64,000 bases of DNA from contig NC_043003.1 in the NCBI RefSeq assembly GCF_006345805.1, positions 49,166,001-49,230,000 on the forward strand, in the 5' to 3' direction. This DNA comes from Octopus sinensis (taxonomy: Eukaryota). Positions within the stretch are counted from its first letter, which is position 1, and each line of letters opens with the position of its first letter. Shown here one piece after another: positions 37,106-51,590 of the stretch. The notes beneath the pieces are model-generated. The model did no database searches, was not told where the DNA came from, and saw nothing but the letters and a program-made list of their open reading frames with translations. The translations under genes were made by a program, and so were the position numbers.

Positions 37106-38172
37106 ATACGTATAGCATAAACACAATTGTATATCGCTTTACAAACATTGTAACAAATTACTGAATGCCTCTAACAGATATGAGCGTGTGTGGAAGAGAT
37201 ACAATGATGGCGGGAGATAATATGAGAATGTAGCGGAGAGAAAAACAGGCTTAGAAAGAACAAAAGATAAACGAAAACTAACAAAAAAAAATAAGAAGAT
37301 CAGAAGAAGGGAGAGACAGGAGTGGGGCGAGGATAAGGATGAGATTGTGCAAGAGATTTTCTAATGATCATTATATATATATACTACAGGGATGATACAT
37401 GGTTGTATATGTGGATCGAATGTTGTGTATAATTATGTGTTTTAAAATAGAAAATATTTGTCCGTCATCTTGTGGCGCTGTTTTTCCTACTGTTAATACT
37501 ACTCCCAATTTTGCTGTTACTAAGCCTGTTGCTGTTATCGACGTTCTAATTATTACTATTCGTGACATTACGCCATTATTATCGTTGTCGCTGGTGTTCT
37601 TGCGTTGTTGTTGCTATTGATAAAGTCATTGGATACCATTAATTGTGTTGCGTTGTGCTTGCGAAAGTTGTAGTAGTAGTAGTTGTTTTTTTTTTGTTAT
37701 TTAATCCTAGGTCGATCTTGATTCAACGGACCAATGACTTAATCGGATCTAGCTGTACACATTTATTTAGTCTGTGACGACTCTGACAAAGCAGACCTAT
37801 GACCAAACGCAATCCAATCATGCCAGCTCCATCTTCATTAGATTATAGTGTAACAAGAACCACTTTATCCTGTGTCCTTTTCTTTTCGAACGTTAGGATG
37901 AGATTCCAGGAAAATTTGCTTGCTATTTCTAGCCGGCTTTTTCCTTGTTGAGACTATTGCTGCCACCGTTGGATGGTTGTTGCTGTTGGTGTTTTACTCT
38001 TAATGAAGTTTTTCATGCCTTAATCATCGCCTAACAATAAAGCTTTGTTGAAAATGGTATGGTACAATTTGAGAGGGATTTTAGCTGCTGGTTCCACGGG
38101 TAGAGCTATCCCGTAAAAGTGTGGCTCTTGTTATCTCACCTCTCATGTACTTATCATATATAACATTGTCTT

Positions 38173-38325
38173 GACTCTTGAAGAGGTTGCAAGACGCAGC
38201 GAAACTTTTAGGAACATAAAAGTAAGAAATAAGTGGAAATTTTACCGGTGAGTGTGTTACATTATAAGGTACAAAAAGAAAATGACTCTCCGCAGACACA
38301 ACAGAATATGTTTTCGAATAATTGT
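38173..38325 (+). mobile_element. Interspersed repeat family E (GAAAAGGTTGCAAGACGCAACGAAAATTTTAG...)
   Basis: Homologous to 55145-55324, 56100-56223 and 62219-62400. Confidence 0.7.
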
Positions 38326-38512
38326 TTTCGAACAATGTTCAAATAATCGAAAAATTCCGACGATTTCAACTTTTTATCGCTCTGGGATCGTTAAGATAAA
38401 GTACTAGTCAAATACTGGGTCCTGTGATATAGACTAAAGCCCTCTACTCAAAATTGGTGGTCTTGAGCCTAAGTCAGAAATAGTTATCATCATCAGTATT
38501 ATTATTATTATT

Positions 38513-39000
38513 GAATGAGAGAGCCGTGCATGCCATCATAGTGACACTGGAGTACAAATATACGAAGCCCAGTATACCCATCATGACTACCCGTCTGATA
38601 AGAGTACACCAGAGACATGCATCACAACCATACGTGCGTGACATAGTGATCTCATGTCAAGATAAACAACCCATGACCTTGCAGGTGGGGCCCAGTTAGA
38701 ATTTTCTTCAAGTCGAGTAGCCCATCTCGCCCAAAAGGTCACTGAATACGAGTTGTTTGAGGATGATGAACAAAACACCCATGTTTCCAGAGGTGAATTA
38801 TTCAAATTCCAAGGAATTCCTCTTAACACGTGGCTATGATGCTCCCCAACTACTTCTGCTCATGATCAGAGATGCACATATTGTCAGTCTCTAAGGGACA
38901 TGCTCAACTGGTTAATGTCAAGCAAATCTGTAGTATTGAGCAGAATATTTACTGCAGCCCATCTTTTATACCAAGACAAAACAAAACAATGTAATGATAA
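38513..39000 (-). mobile_element. Interspersed repeat family D
   Basis: Homology to 59626-60174; preceded on + strand by (ATT)n. Confidence 0.85.
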
Positions 39001-39008
39001 CGCTTCTA

Positions 39009-39048
<40 letters not shown>

Positions 39049-40967
39049 ATTATTATTGTTGTTGTTGTTGTGTTGTTGTTGTTGTTGTTGTTGTTCTTCT
39101 TCTTCTTCTTCTTCTTCTTCTTCTTCTTCTTCTTCTTGTTATTGTTATTGTTATTGTTGTTGTTGTTGTTGTTGTTGCTGCTGCTACTCTTGTTGTTGTT
39201 ATTGATGCTGTTGTTTCTTAAAATGATTAGACGTGTACAACAGTCGAAGAATTGGATTTACTTCTTTTACTTTGATGGTAACAAATTTCGTAGTCTGAAA
39301 TTGCCATCAAAAGCCGTTAACCACTTCCTTGTAACTATATGTTATAGCTCTTGAAGCATTGCTTAATTGCGATTTGGTGTGGCTTTCTTTAAAGAAGCGA
39401 AAAAAAAGTGTTGGCCACTAAAGTTATGTTGATGCTTATATGAACTTTTCGAAAGAAACTAAAAATTTTATAAACAAAATCAGTTGTTTTTTATAAGTAA
39501 AGAAACAGAAACAAAATGACATATTTGTCCACACATTCAATCTCATTGTAAGGAGAGCAAAGAGGTACAAACAAAGTCTGAAAGCAAAAGAAACAATGAT
39601 AACGGATTGTTGTTTGCAAGCACAGCGAGCCAGAAAGAAATTTTAAAAATGGGTTAGTTGCCTAAAATATGTTATAAAAGGCCTTTGCCTGGCGACTTCC
39701 TTCGCGAAAGTGCTAAGATTTTTCGAAAAATGACAGAAGCTTTTTGTGCCAACAAAGGTGCAATTAAATGAAGCTCAAGCCAATGTATGACACGATATTT
39801 TTGTGTATATGCTATTAACAGGGCAGGACATATTGAAGCATGTGTCAGAACAAGGCAAGAGACAGGCAGAGCTGGAGCATCAAAATACTTTGCAAGAATC
39901 TATTGTCGCAATATGTGGAGAATAAAACACAAAACACTCAGGATATTCGTACAGATAACGATCATTTTCTTATTATCAGAGTTACGATGCAGTAGAGCCA
40001 CCTGATGAGGGCGGAGGTAGGATAGAGCAATATATAGTAGGATAGCATTTGTTACAGATATGAATGACATAATGACGTCTGAAAACAATAAGGAACTTCA
40101 ATATAAAGAGGCGGGAATTTTATTGTCTTCCCATTCACATCAACACCATCATCATCCCCTCATCATCACCATCGTCGTCGTTGTCATCATCATCATCATC
40201 ACCATCATCATTAAAATTATCAACGTCGTCGTCGACGTCGCCGCCACCGCAGAAACTACCACCACCACCACCACCACCACGGCCTTCTTCTTCTTCTTCT
40301 TCTTTTTCTTCTTCTTCATCATCACTAATATCGATGTTATTAATTTGTCACGCCTTTGTTTTTGCAAATATGGCTGGTCTTGTTGATCGTTATCATACTT
40401 GAAAATGGTTGAATTGTTTCATAATACAGTTGCTGTTGCTTTTGCCTTGTCAATTACAGTGTACCATGTGGGTAGGTGTGAGTGTGTGTATGTGTGTATG
40501 TGTGTGTGTGTGTGTTTATTAATTAAGACTGGACACTAAAAAGGTGGCGGAAGAGAAGTCAGAAACCGGGTGTAGCAACAGAATGGTGAAGCTGAGCATG
40601 GGAGATTGCTAAATGCTGACACATCCGCTTCATTGTCTTAATGTATAAGGTTTCTCAATTCATTTCTTGCTTGTAAAATGTTAATAACCTCTGTCTGTCA
40701 GTACACAGAGGCGTAGTAGTAGTAGCGACAGCAGCAGGCGTAGAAGCAGCTATCGCAGTAGCCACAGTAGTCGTACTAGCAATGTTTGTGGTAGTGTTTG
40801 GTCTAGCATTTGTAGTGGTAGTAGTTGTAGTTGTAGTAGTATTTTTATCGGTAGTAGTAGCAAAAATAGTGGTTGTGTTAGAAGTAGTAGCAACAGCAGA
40901 AGTATTATTTTTTGGCCTTGTACCAAAATTTAGTAGTACTACTACTACTACTACTATAATCATTATT

Positions 40968-41472
40968 GAGTTAGAGAGCAGTGCATGGCATCAGAGTGAC
41001 ACTGGGGTACAAATATACGAAGCCCAGTATACCCATCATGACTACCCGTCTGATAAGGGTACACCAGACACATGCATCACAACCATATGTGCGCGACATG
41101 GTGATCTCATTTTCAAGATAAATAGTGAATGACCTTACAGGTGGGGCCCAGTTAGAATTTTCTTCAGGTCGAGTAGCCTATCCTACTCAAAAGGTACTTG
41201 ATTAAGGGTTGTTTAAGGATGTTGAACGAAACACCCATGTTTCCAGAGGTGAATTATTCAAACCCCTACTATTTCTGCTCGTGATCAGAGATGCACATAT
41301 CGTCAGCTACTGAGCGACATGCACAACTGGTTAAGGTCAAGCAACTGACAAGCAAATCTGTGATATTTAGCCGAATATTTGCTGTAGCCCATCTTTTATA
41401 CCAAGACAAAATATGTATGTACCACTTCCAGTCAGTTAAGATCAAAAGCCAAGAGAGCTAGTGTCTGATACT
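40968..41472 (-). mobile_element. Interspersed repeat family D
   Basis: Homology to 59626-60174. Confidence 0.85.
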
Positions 41473-41496
41473 AAATATTATTATCATCATCAGCAT

Positions 41497-41657
41497 CAGG
41501 AGTGGCTGTGTGGTAAGTAGCTTGTTTACCAACCACATGGTACCGGGTTCAGTCCCACTGCGTGGCACCTTGGGCAAGTGTCTTCTACTATAGCCTCGGA
41601 CCGACCAAAGAATTGTGAGTGGATTTGGTAGACGGAAACTGAAAGAAGCTCGTCGTA

Positions 41658-41714
<57 letters not shown>

Positions 41715-41930
41715 ATGTTTGTGTGTCTGTGTTTGTCTCCCTAGCATTGCTTGACAACCGATGTTGGTGTGTTTATGTCTCCGTCACTTAGCGGTTCGGC
41801 ATAAGAGACCGATAGAATAAGTACTGCGCTTACAAAGAATAAGTCCCGGGGTCGAGTTGCTCGATTAAAAGCGGTGCTCCAGCATGGCCGCAGTCAAATG
41901 ACTGAAACAAGTAAAAGAGAGACAGAGTAA
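41497..41930 (+). mobile_element. SINE family B
   Basis: Homology to 24959-25370. Confidence 0.85.
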
Positions 41931-41944
41931 ATTATTATTATTAA

Positions 41945-42115
41945 GGCAGCCGGGAAAATCGCTTAGCGGCATTTCGTCTGTCTTTACGTTCTGAGTTCAA
42001 ATTCCGCCGAGGTCGACTTTACCTATCATCCATTCAGAGTCGATTAATTAAGAACCAGTCGATTACTATATCACTCCCCACAAATTCCACGCCTTGTGCC
42101 TATAGTAGAAAGGAT
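41945..42115 (+). mobile_element. SINE family A, 5'-eroded
   Basis: GAGTTCAAATTCCGCCGAGGTCGACTTT block; GTAGAAAGG tail into (ATT)n. Confidence 0.8.
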
Positions 42116-42186
42116 TATTATTATTATTATTATTATTATTAGAAGAAGAAGAAGAAGAAGAAGAAGTAGTGGTGGTAGTGGTAGTG

Positions 42187-42244
<58 letters not shown>

Positions 42245-42749
42245 CAGTAGTAGTAGCTATATTAGTAAAAAGTAGAGATATTCTCGCTAAGATACTAGTC
42301 GTCAACTAACACTCCGAGAGTACGATTTCCTGTATACGCAAGACCTTTAAATCCCATAAGCACCATAGACCTTTCATATGCACCCAATGTTATCATCATA
42401 AACGTAGACATAAATGCTAACATGACTGCTTGAATTTCATTGCTTCACTTCTCACTGAGAATCAGTTTCAGTAATGCATGTGTACGTATTCCCCCCTCTC
42501 TCTCTCTCTCTGTTCACGCACGCATGCACGCACATACACACACATAAACACACACGCACGCGCGCGCTCACACACACACACACACACACAACACACACGC
42601 ACACACACACACACACAGGCATGACTGTATGATTAAAAAGCTCGTTTTGCAACCACGGGGTTTCGGGCAATACTTTTGATGATACGGTAAATGTACTAAT
42701 GTAAGTGAGCTCACGAGTTCGTATGATGTGTGTGTGTGTGTGTGTGTGC

Positions 42750-42780
<31 letters not shown>

Positions 42781-43239
42781 TGTGTATAAAATTTAAAATA
42801 CACATTGTGTACAGGACATTACTAACATGTGAAAAGTACGTAAACACACGAGAGATAGTTACAGGACAAAATACCAAAAGAAGATAACTCTTCATCAGTT
42901 GTCGAACCATTTATTACTTCTGTTTTGTGCTTTTAACGACAATATAGGGAACGTCATAAGACAACAGCATCCAGAAATTTTAAAAGTATAAAATTCATGG
43001 AGAGTTAGAGCTTCGAAAGAACAAACAACGACGAAGACAAACATTAAGGGCCGTTAGGTCAAGACGAATTGTAATGAGTAACACCTAGGAGAAATGTTGG
43101 GAGCCGAGAAAAATGACATCCAGCCTGGTGAACGCCTATATAAATATACACATGCACTTACACACTTACACACACACACACACACATACAGACAGGCAGA
43201 CAGACACACACTCACACATATTCTCAAACCCATTTGCCA

Positions 43240-43680
43240 AACACGCCATCATTATACTGACAAGCTCCTTTCTACTCTCATACATCTACCAATCTATCAT
43301 TCTTTCACACTGTAGTAAATTATTCCAATTCAATCCTAATTCACTCTCCATTCGAAGATGGAACAAGAAACTTTCATTATTCTTTGACGTGGATTCCTCT
43401 CGAATCTTCACCGATGAAACGGACTTTATCTCTTACTTATGACTTCATTAATTCTGTGAGTATGGAACTACCAAAAGTTTATACTTTCATTCTGGTCTAT
43501 CCTTCATTTCTTGACGAACTGGAAACCACAAATATCATAGATTGGGAATATTCTTCATTTCTATATTTTCTTACTTCTGTCTATCCAATGACGATATACT
43601 TAGCTTACGTCGAATCCTTACTTGATATATCATTACATAGGATCCTTACTCGATATAATGATCCAAATGCTCGTAAGTGT
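43240..43680 (+). mobile_element. Degraded Penelope-like RT C-terminal fragment
   Basis: FNPNSL...KKLSLFFDVDSSR resembles the PLE N.IKFT.E.E...LPFLDV motif; multiple frameshifts. Confidence 0.4.
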
Positions 43681-43889
43681 TCTTGAGCAAAACGCTTCAT
43701 TTTCACATTGCTCCAGTCCACTTCACGTTACTTTAGTCCACTCAGCTGACAACCACGAGTAATCCTGCGATGGACCGACGTCTCGCCCAGGTGGGATATA
43801 TACACGCCATGGAAACCGGGAATCCGGCCCTTATGAATCGGTATGAGTCGGGAACCAACAACGAAAACAACAACAACAACTCTGCACTA

Positions 43890-44100
43890 TTATTCTTTTA
43901 CTTGTTTCAGTCATTTGACTGCAGCCATGCTGGAGCATCACCTTTAGTTGAACAAATCGACACCAGAATTTATTCTTTGTAAGCGTAGTTCTTATTCTAT
44001 AGGTCTTTTTGCCAAACCGCTGTTACGGGGAGGTAAACACACCAGCATCGGTTGTCAAGTGATGGTGGGGGGACAAACACAGACACAAATAACAAATACA
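43890..44100 (-). mobile_element. SINE family B, 3' half
   Basis: Reverse complement of the family B tail (CATTTGACTGCAGCCATGCTGGAGCA...). Confidence 0.8.
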
Positions 44101-44174
44101 TACATATATTGATAGGCCGTAACTCGAGGCGAGTGTTTCTCTGAAAGTAGCTTACCTTTATGCCCTACCAGGAC

Positions 44175-44635
44175 CTAGCATGCCTGAGTGGTAAGAAGCT
44201 TTCCAACCACTTGGTTCCGGGTTCATTCCCACTACGTGGCACCTCGAGCAAGTGTCTTCTACTATAGACTCGGCCGACGAAAGCCTTGTGAGCAGATTTG
44301 GTAGACGGAAACTGAAATAAGCCTGTCATGTATATATATATATATATATACATCTTCAAACCTCCAATATATATATACATCTTCAAACCTTCCAATATAT
44401 ATATACATCTCCAAACCTTCCAATATATATATACATTATGTGTGTGTGTTTGTTGCCCCTACCATCGCTTGAAAACTGATGTTGGTTCGTTTACGTCCCC
44501 GTAATTTAGCGGTTCGGCAAAAGAGAACGATAGAATAAGTACTAGACTTACACAGAGTAAGTCGTGGGGTCAATTTCTTCAACTAAAAGCAGTGCTCTAG
44601 CTTGGCTGCAGTGAAATGGCTGAAACAAGTAAATG
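44175..44635 (+). mobile_element. SINE family B with an internal 3x ~29-bp repeat (44345-44435)
   Basis: Homology to 24959; ATATATATACATCT(T/C)CAAACCT(T)CCAAT x3 replaces the internal microsatellite. Confidence 0.8.
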
Positions 44636-44675
44636 CGAAAAAGAATACACACACACACACACATACTCACTCACT

Positions 44676-44734
<59 letters not shown>

Positions 44735-45233
44735 CGTCTGTCGCACACATATACAGACCAACATATGCATATATGTATAGAAGTATGTATCTGCGTAGGC
44801 TTATAGTAATGTATATATGTAACTATATATGTCTGCCTGTCTGTCTGTATGTATGTGTGCATGTATGGAACGTTGTTCGTAGGCATGTATATAAATATGT
44901 GCGTATATGTAGGTGTGTATGTATATAATGTAATGTATCGATGGCTGCATGAATACACGCATGTATTTACGCATGTATATATGTATGCATCCATGCATCT
45001 GTAAGTAAATATATATATATATAAACATATATATATATAATATATATATATATATTTGTCATATATATATATACGTATATATATATCTGTACACATATAT
45101 ATATATATATATGCATATATATACATATATAAATATATATATATACATATGTATGCATGTATGCATGTATGTATCTATGTGAACATATTCTTGTATGTTT
45201 ATTACAAATCGTTTTCTTTCCTATCAGCCATAC

Positions 45234-45288
<55 letters not shown>

Positions 45289-45734
45289 ATATATATATGC
45301 ATATACAGGAAAATTGTTGACTTCTGCAAATTTAGTTGTTGATATTCGCTTGGTTATTTCCTCTAGCTTGTTTTTTTCTTCTTCTAAATGTTCGTATTGG
45401 GATGTTGTATATACGTTTTTTCCTGAGTTTCATTATATCAATATTTCAAGGACATATACATTCGTCTAATCATGTGATGCTAATAAAAGCTACCCTGTGT
45501 AAACATCCGACTTCTTATTTTTCTTGCTATTTGCTATTGTGTGGAGAGTAATCACAGGTCCAGTGGAAATAAGCAGAAAGATTTTAATAGAAGTTCTATG
45601 TGTTTATTTTCTCGTTGAGGCTCTGAGGAATAGAGGAAAAGTAAAAAATAAAGAAGAAAAACCCCTCAAATGGAGCTTCCGTCGGTTTCTACGACTAGTG
45701 TTCTAGTTATCTACTCAAGTGAACTACTCTACTT

Positions 45735-45791
45735 TTTGAAAATACATACATGAAACATACAAATCTGCACATACATACATACACACATACA

Positions 45792-45825
<34 letters not shown>

Positions 45826-45970
45826 CATACATACATACATACACACGCATACATACATACATACATACATACATACATACATACATACATACAAAAATAC
45901 CCTGCTGATGATGTTGAAATTCCAAAGATCTAGGTTAGAAACCGGCTCTTTCGCTATTGGCAAGAAATCA
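45735..45970 (-). mobile_element. Interspersed repeat family F
   Basis: Reverse complement of the 16594 copy. Confidence 0.7.
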
Positions 45971-46174
45971 CGACCTTCTTTACAATTTCAAAAGACGAAT
46001 CTTATTATAGAGGGATATCAAAGTACCCAGGTTGGTCAGCATATATTTGCAGATACAATTCAAGTATATACAATTTGATTCTATGGATATTCTGAATGTA
46101 GAATTACTGTCCGCGCTACACACACACGCAAACACACACACACATATGCACATTAACACACACATACACACACG

Positions 46175-46305
46175 CGAAAGCGTTTGGCGTAGTGGTTAGG
46201 GTGTTTGACTCATGATCATAAGATTGTGGTTTCGATTCCTGGACCGGGCGTTGCGTTGTATTCCTAAGCAAAGCACTTCATTTCACAATGCTCCAGTTCA
46301 CACAT
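46175..46305 (+). mobile_element. tRNA-headed SINE fragment (family C-like head), cut by the gap
   Basis: TGGCGTAGTGG A box; GGTTTCGATTCCTGGACCGGGCG B box. Confidence 0.7.
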
Positions 46306-46312
46306 CTCGCAC

Positions 46313-46412
46313 NNNNNNNNNNNNNNNNNNNNNNNNNNNNNNNNNNNNNNNNNNNNNNNNNNNNNNNNNNNNNNNNNNNNNNNNNNNNNNNNNNNNNNNN
46401 NNNNNNNNNNNN
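46313..46412. other. Assembly gap (100 N)
   Basis: Run of N; a round length suggests a placeholder of unknown true size. Confidence 0.99.
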
Positions 46413-46469
46413 ACCTGGGCTAAAGTTTGAATAAAATAATGTTATTCCCCTCTACGTAAAAACATTGTC

Positions 46470-46680
46470 CTCAAATTTTGGCACAAGGCCAGCAATTTCG
46501 GGGGACGGAGGAAGGCGATTATATGGATACCAGTGTTCAACTGGTACTTATTTTATCAAAAGCAAAATGATGGAAGTCAAAGTCGATCACGACGGAATTT
46601 GAGCTCAGAACACAAAGACGGATGCGATAACACACAGCTTTTTGCCCGGTGTGCTAGCGATTCTGTCAGCTCGACACCTT
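46470..46680 (-). mobile_element. SINE family A, diverged
   Basis: GGCACAAGGCCAGCAATTT...GGAATTTGAGCTCAGAAC...GTGCTAGCGATTCTG. Confidence 0.75.
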
Positions 46681-47347
46681 CCCTCAGCCTACCTGTATTG
46701 TGTATATTTTTCGTTTGATTACTACCGACACCAATGTGAAACCACAACTCCACACATACGTGCTCGGTCTCGCCGTCAGCTTCTTTCTGCGTCTATTTTC
46801 TTCTGTCTTTATTTCTCTTACTATCTTCAATCCTTCATGTGCGTGTGTATATATGTATATACATGCATATATACATATACAAATACATATCTATACATAT
46901 ACAAATACATATCTATACATATATACATACAAATATATATGTATGTATGTACATATACACAGACACGTACATCGATACACACGAACACATGTTGTGCGGG
47001 AGTGTGTGCGCACGCGCGTGTGTTTGTGTGTAAATATATATATATATCTCAAGCTACAGGTTTTCCTATTTATTCCGACTGGATATTGATCGGGAAGTAA
47101 AATATAGATAAATAAATAAACAGCAGAAGATATAAATTATTTCGGTGTTGGTAGATGACTGAGAACAGACACATACTTTTGCATACACACATGCACACAC
47201 ATACACTAACACACACATACATACACACACACACACGCAAACATACAAGCGCACACGCACACATGTACGTAAACAATACATGCATACTTACACGCAGGTG
47301 TTTGTTAACAAATAAACATATACATGTGTGTGTGTGTGTATGTGTGT

Positions 47348-47885
47348 ATATGTGAACGTCCGAGTTTGGATATGTTTCGTATATCTATATGCAGGAACGT
47401 GCTTCAATGTGTGTGTTTGTGTGTATGTGAGTGTGCGTGTTTGTGTGTGTGTGTCTGTTTACGTGTTTGTGTATGTATGTGTGTTTGTGTGTATGTGAGT
47501 GTGCGTGTTTGTGTGTGTATGTCTGTGTTTGTGTATGTATGTGTGTTTGTGTGTATGTGAGTGTGCGTGTTTGTGTGTGTGTGTGTCTGTTTACGTGTTT
47601 GTGTCTGTATGTGTGTTTGTGTGTATGTGAGTGTGCGTGTTTGTGTGTGTGTGTCTGTTTACGTGTTTGTGTCTGTATGTGTGTTTGTGTGTATGTGAGT
47701 GTGCGTGTTTGTGTGTGTGTCTGTTTACGTGTTTGTGTATGTATGTGTGTTTGTGTGTATGTGAGTGCGGCGTGTTTGTGGGTGTGTTGTCTGGTTGTGT
47801 GTTTGTGTCTGTATGTGTGTTTGTGTGTATGTGAGTGTGCGTGTTTGTGTGTGTTCGTGTGTGTATGTCTGTATGTGTGTGTGTT

Positions 47886-47933
<48 letters not shown>

Positions 47934-48280
47934 TTAGTGTGTATATGTGAACATTCGAGTTTGAATACGCTTTGTAAATCTGTATGCAAAAATGTGTTTC
48001 AGTGTGTGTGTTTGTGTGTGTATGTATGTGTGTGTGTTTGTGTGTGTGTTTGTGTGTGATTGGTGTGTGTGTATGTGCGTGTGTGTATGTGCCTGTGTGT
48101 GTGCACGTGTTTGTGTGTGTATGTGTTTGTGCGTGTGTGTTTGTGTGTGTGAGTTTGTGTGTCTGTATATACATGTGTGTGTGTGTGTGTGTGTGTGTGC
48201 ATGTGTGCATATTTGTGTGTTTGTGTGTGTGTGTGTGTTTGTGCGTGTGTGTGTTTGCGTGTGTGTACATATGTGTGGAT
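47348..48280. repeat. GT-rich cryptic/higher-order repeat
   Basis: Recurring ~60-bp units containing GTATGTGAGTGTGCGTGTTTG; non-microsatellite anchor duplicated at ~47348 and ~47943. Confidence 0.8.
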
Positions 48281-48552
48281 GCACATCTGTATTCCTGTAA
48301 GCAGGATATAGATATAAAGTGAAAATACTTATACGTGCTAGAAGTGCCTGTGCAGATTTATGCGGACGTATCATCGTGCCTTGCATATATAAATAACATA
48401 GTAATGATAATAATGTAATCTTTTCTTTTGATATAATAATCCTTTCTTAAAAAACAATAACAAAAAACACCAAAAAAAAAGCAAAACAAAAAAAAAAACG
48501 AATTGCTGAAAGTAACAATGAGGATTATGATAAAAATAATGATGACAATGAC

Positions 48553-48583
<31 letters not shown>

Positions 48584-48634
48584 TGATGATGACGATGATG
48601 AAGATGATAATGACGATGACGATGATGATGATGA

Positions 48635-49265
48635 TAATGATAGTTTCAAATTTAGGCATTACTTCAGCAGTTTGTTCAGAGGAGGGGAGGGGGATTAGTG
48701 GACCCCAGTGCTTGCCTGGTATTTATTTTATCGACCCCGGTAAAAAAAGAAAAAAAAGAAAAGTAAAGTTGACCTCGCCAGACGGCGGAACTTGAAATTA
48801 GAACTCAATGAGTCGGAAATTGTTCAAACTTTTGGCACAAGACCAGTTATTTTAAGGAGAGACTTAGTCTATTACATCGACTCCAGTGTGCAACTGGTAT
48901 TTATTTTATCGAACGCGAAAGGACGAAAGACGATGACAAAAAAATAAATAAATCAACCTCAGCGGAATTTGAACTCAGAACGTAAAGAAAAACCATTAAG
49001 CGTTTTGTGCGTTGCAGTAACGATTTTACCAGCTTGCCACCTTAAATAATAATTGTTTCTGCTAGAGTTGCTGTGCCTGAAATTTTGGCGGTAAGGGGTT
49101 AATTGATTACAACAACCCAAGTACTCAAATGGTGCTTAATTTTTTAGGCCGGAAAGGATGAAATGCAAAGTTGATGCGGCGGCATTTGAACTCAGAACGA
49201 GCAGACGGACGAAATGCCGGATAGCATTTTGTTCGGGGTGCTAACGATTCCGTCAGTTCACCGTA
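48635..49265 (-). mobile_element. Three consecutive SINE family A copies
   Basis: Repeated ...ACTGGTATTTATTTTATCGAC...GAATTTGAACTCAGAAC blocks at ~48635-48810, 48820-49045 and 49060-49265. Confidence 0.8.
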
Positions 49266-49290
49266 AACCTGTAATATACTCGGTAGTATA

Positions 49291-49721
49291 AGGTGGCGAT
49301 CTGGCAGAAACGCTAGCACGCCGGGCGAAATGCTTAGCGGTATTTCGTCTGCCGTTACGTTCTGTGTTCAAATTCCGCCGAGGTCGACTTTGCCTTTCAT
49401 CCTTTCGGGGTCGATAAATTAAGTACCAGTTATGCACTGGGGTCGATGTAATCGACATAAACCCTTTGTCTGTCCTTGTTTGTCCCCTCTAGGTTTAGCC
49501 CCTTGAGAGCAATAAAGAAATGAGAAAGGTTAGCACGCCGGGTGAAATACTTAGCAGTATTTCGTCTGTCTGTACGTTCTGAGTTCGAATTTCGCCGAGG
49601 TCATCTTTGCCTTTCATCTTTTCAGGGTTCGATAAATTAAGTACTAGTTGCGTACTGGGGTCGATTTAATTGACTGGACCCTCCCTAAAACTTTCGGCCC
49701 TTGTGCCTAGAGCAGAAAAGT
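49291..49721 (+). mobile_element. SINE family A dimer flanked by a 17-bp direct repeat
   Basis: ATATACTCGGTAGTATA at 49274-49290 and 49722-49738; two tandem units, the second lacking the first ~15 nt of the head. Confidence 0.85.
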
Positions 49722-49774
49722 ATATACTCGGTAGTATATTATGGTCGCAAAACGAAATGCTGTATCCTTGCCAG

Positions 49775-49937
49775 CGCAGGAGTGGCTGTGTGGTAAGTAG
49801 CTTGCTTACCAACCACACAGTTCCGGGTTCAGTCTCACTGCGTGGCACCTTGAGCAAGTGTCTTCTCCTATAGCCTCGGGCCGACCAAAGCCTTGTGAGT
49901 GGATTCGGTAGAAGGAAACTGAAAGAAGCCCGTCGTG

Positions 49938-49984
<47 letters not shown>

Positions 49985-50195
49985 ATGTTTCTGTGTCTGT
50001 GTTTGTCCTCCCAACATCGCTTGACAACCGATGGTGGTGTGTTTACGTCCCCGTCACTTAGCGGTTAGGGAAGAGAGACCCCGATAGAATAAGTATTAAG
50101 CTTACAACGAATAAGTCCTGGGGTCGATTTGCCCGACTAAAGGCGGTTCCAGCATGGCCGCAGTCAAATGACTGAAGAAAGGAAAGAATAAAAAA
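49775..50195 (+). mobile_element. SINE family B
   Basis: GCGCAGGAGTGGCTGTGTGGTAAG head; full body and tail. Confidence 0.85.
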
Positions 50196-51440
50196 AGAAT
50201 AAAAGGATATCAGTTGGCAGGAATGTGTTTAATGGCGTATCTAATTGTGTTACAGAACGAAACCTATTTAAGCAATGCATTCGTGGATGGCTGATGGGTT
50301 AGATGAGGTCTTGATGAAGGGACAATAATCTTTGAAATATGCATATACACCCATTACCAATATTTTCTATCCCAGATCGTATTGTGTATTTAGACGTATT
50401 TGTTTATGAAGCATCATAACTCCCAGCGCTGGCTCTGAATTCCATAGAAAAGTCTAATGAGATAAACTTAAAAGTGAGAATATTGCTCTGCTAACACAAG
50501 GTAAAATATTGCTCTGCTAACACAGGTATTGATTTCTTAACTTTTAATATACTTGGTAGTACATTATGGTTGCAAAACAAATATTGTGTCCTTGCCAGCA
50601 ATTAATATACCTACCTACATGCTTACCTACCGACCAGCTTACCTACCTACCTACCTACCTACCTACCTACCTACCTACCTACCTACCTACCTACATACAT
50701 ACATACATACATACATACAACATACATATATGCATACATACAACATACATATATGCATACATGCATACATACATACAACATACGTATATGCATACATACA
50801 ACATACATATATGCATACATACATACATACATACATACATACATACATACATACATACATACATACGTACGTACGTACGTACGTACATACGTACGTACTA
50901 ACATATGATGAGCTAATACGGAATTTACGTCTTTTGTAACCTGGCTATAAATTTTTCATTTGTACCTATCAACATATGTGCATAATATTAGGTAAGTATG
51001 ATTTGTACACAAATTTAGAAGGAGCAAAAGGAAGAGACGCAAAACCCCCAAACCTAATCTATTAGCTGTCCAGTAAAAATCTCCAATGATTTTCCATTTG
51101 AGATTCTTTAAATGAATATATGCACACATTTGTTTGCGTGTCTCCTCAAAGTAACCCCGATGCACACATATTCATTGCATACACGCACTTACGTACAAAC
51201 ATCTAAGCAATAAAAAGACATGTTGACACAGAACATAAGTGTAGGTGCATATACCTACATATACACACTAACTTAATCTTATATTTACAAACCTCAAGAC
51301 ATAGCTTAATTCGAAAAGTCTTGTCACTTTTTTAGCGACCATGAGTTTTACTAAGTCCATGAAGAACTTAGTAAAACTCACAGAAAAATATATATCTATA
51401 CATACCTGCACACCTATACGCACATACACACCTATGTATG

Positions 51441-51479
<39 letters not shown>

Positions 51480-51590
51480 TTGCTGTTATGTTGAACTGTC
51501 GTATGTCCAAATTTGGCCAAATGCGTTTTTTTCAGTACTTACTTTTGCATGCAATATATGGTTCTTTTGGTCAAACTATCGTATTTCCAG

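Noticed and set aside
39400-40010. Possible decayed hAT transposase
   Set aside because: Only a vague resemblance; no clear catalytic motif or TIR, so it cannot be supported without a profile search.
50376-50500. Exon-like segment with a duplicated donor-proximal 20-mer (50479-50498, 50505-50524)
   Set aside because: Stops in all three frames; the local duplication is unremarkable.
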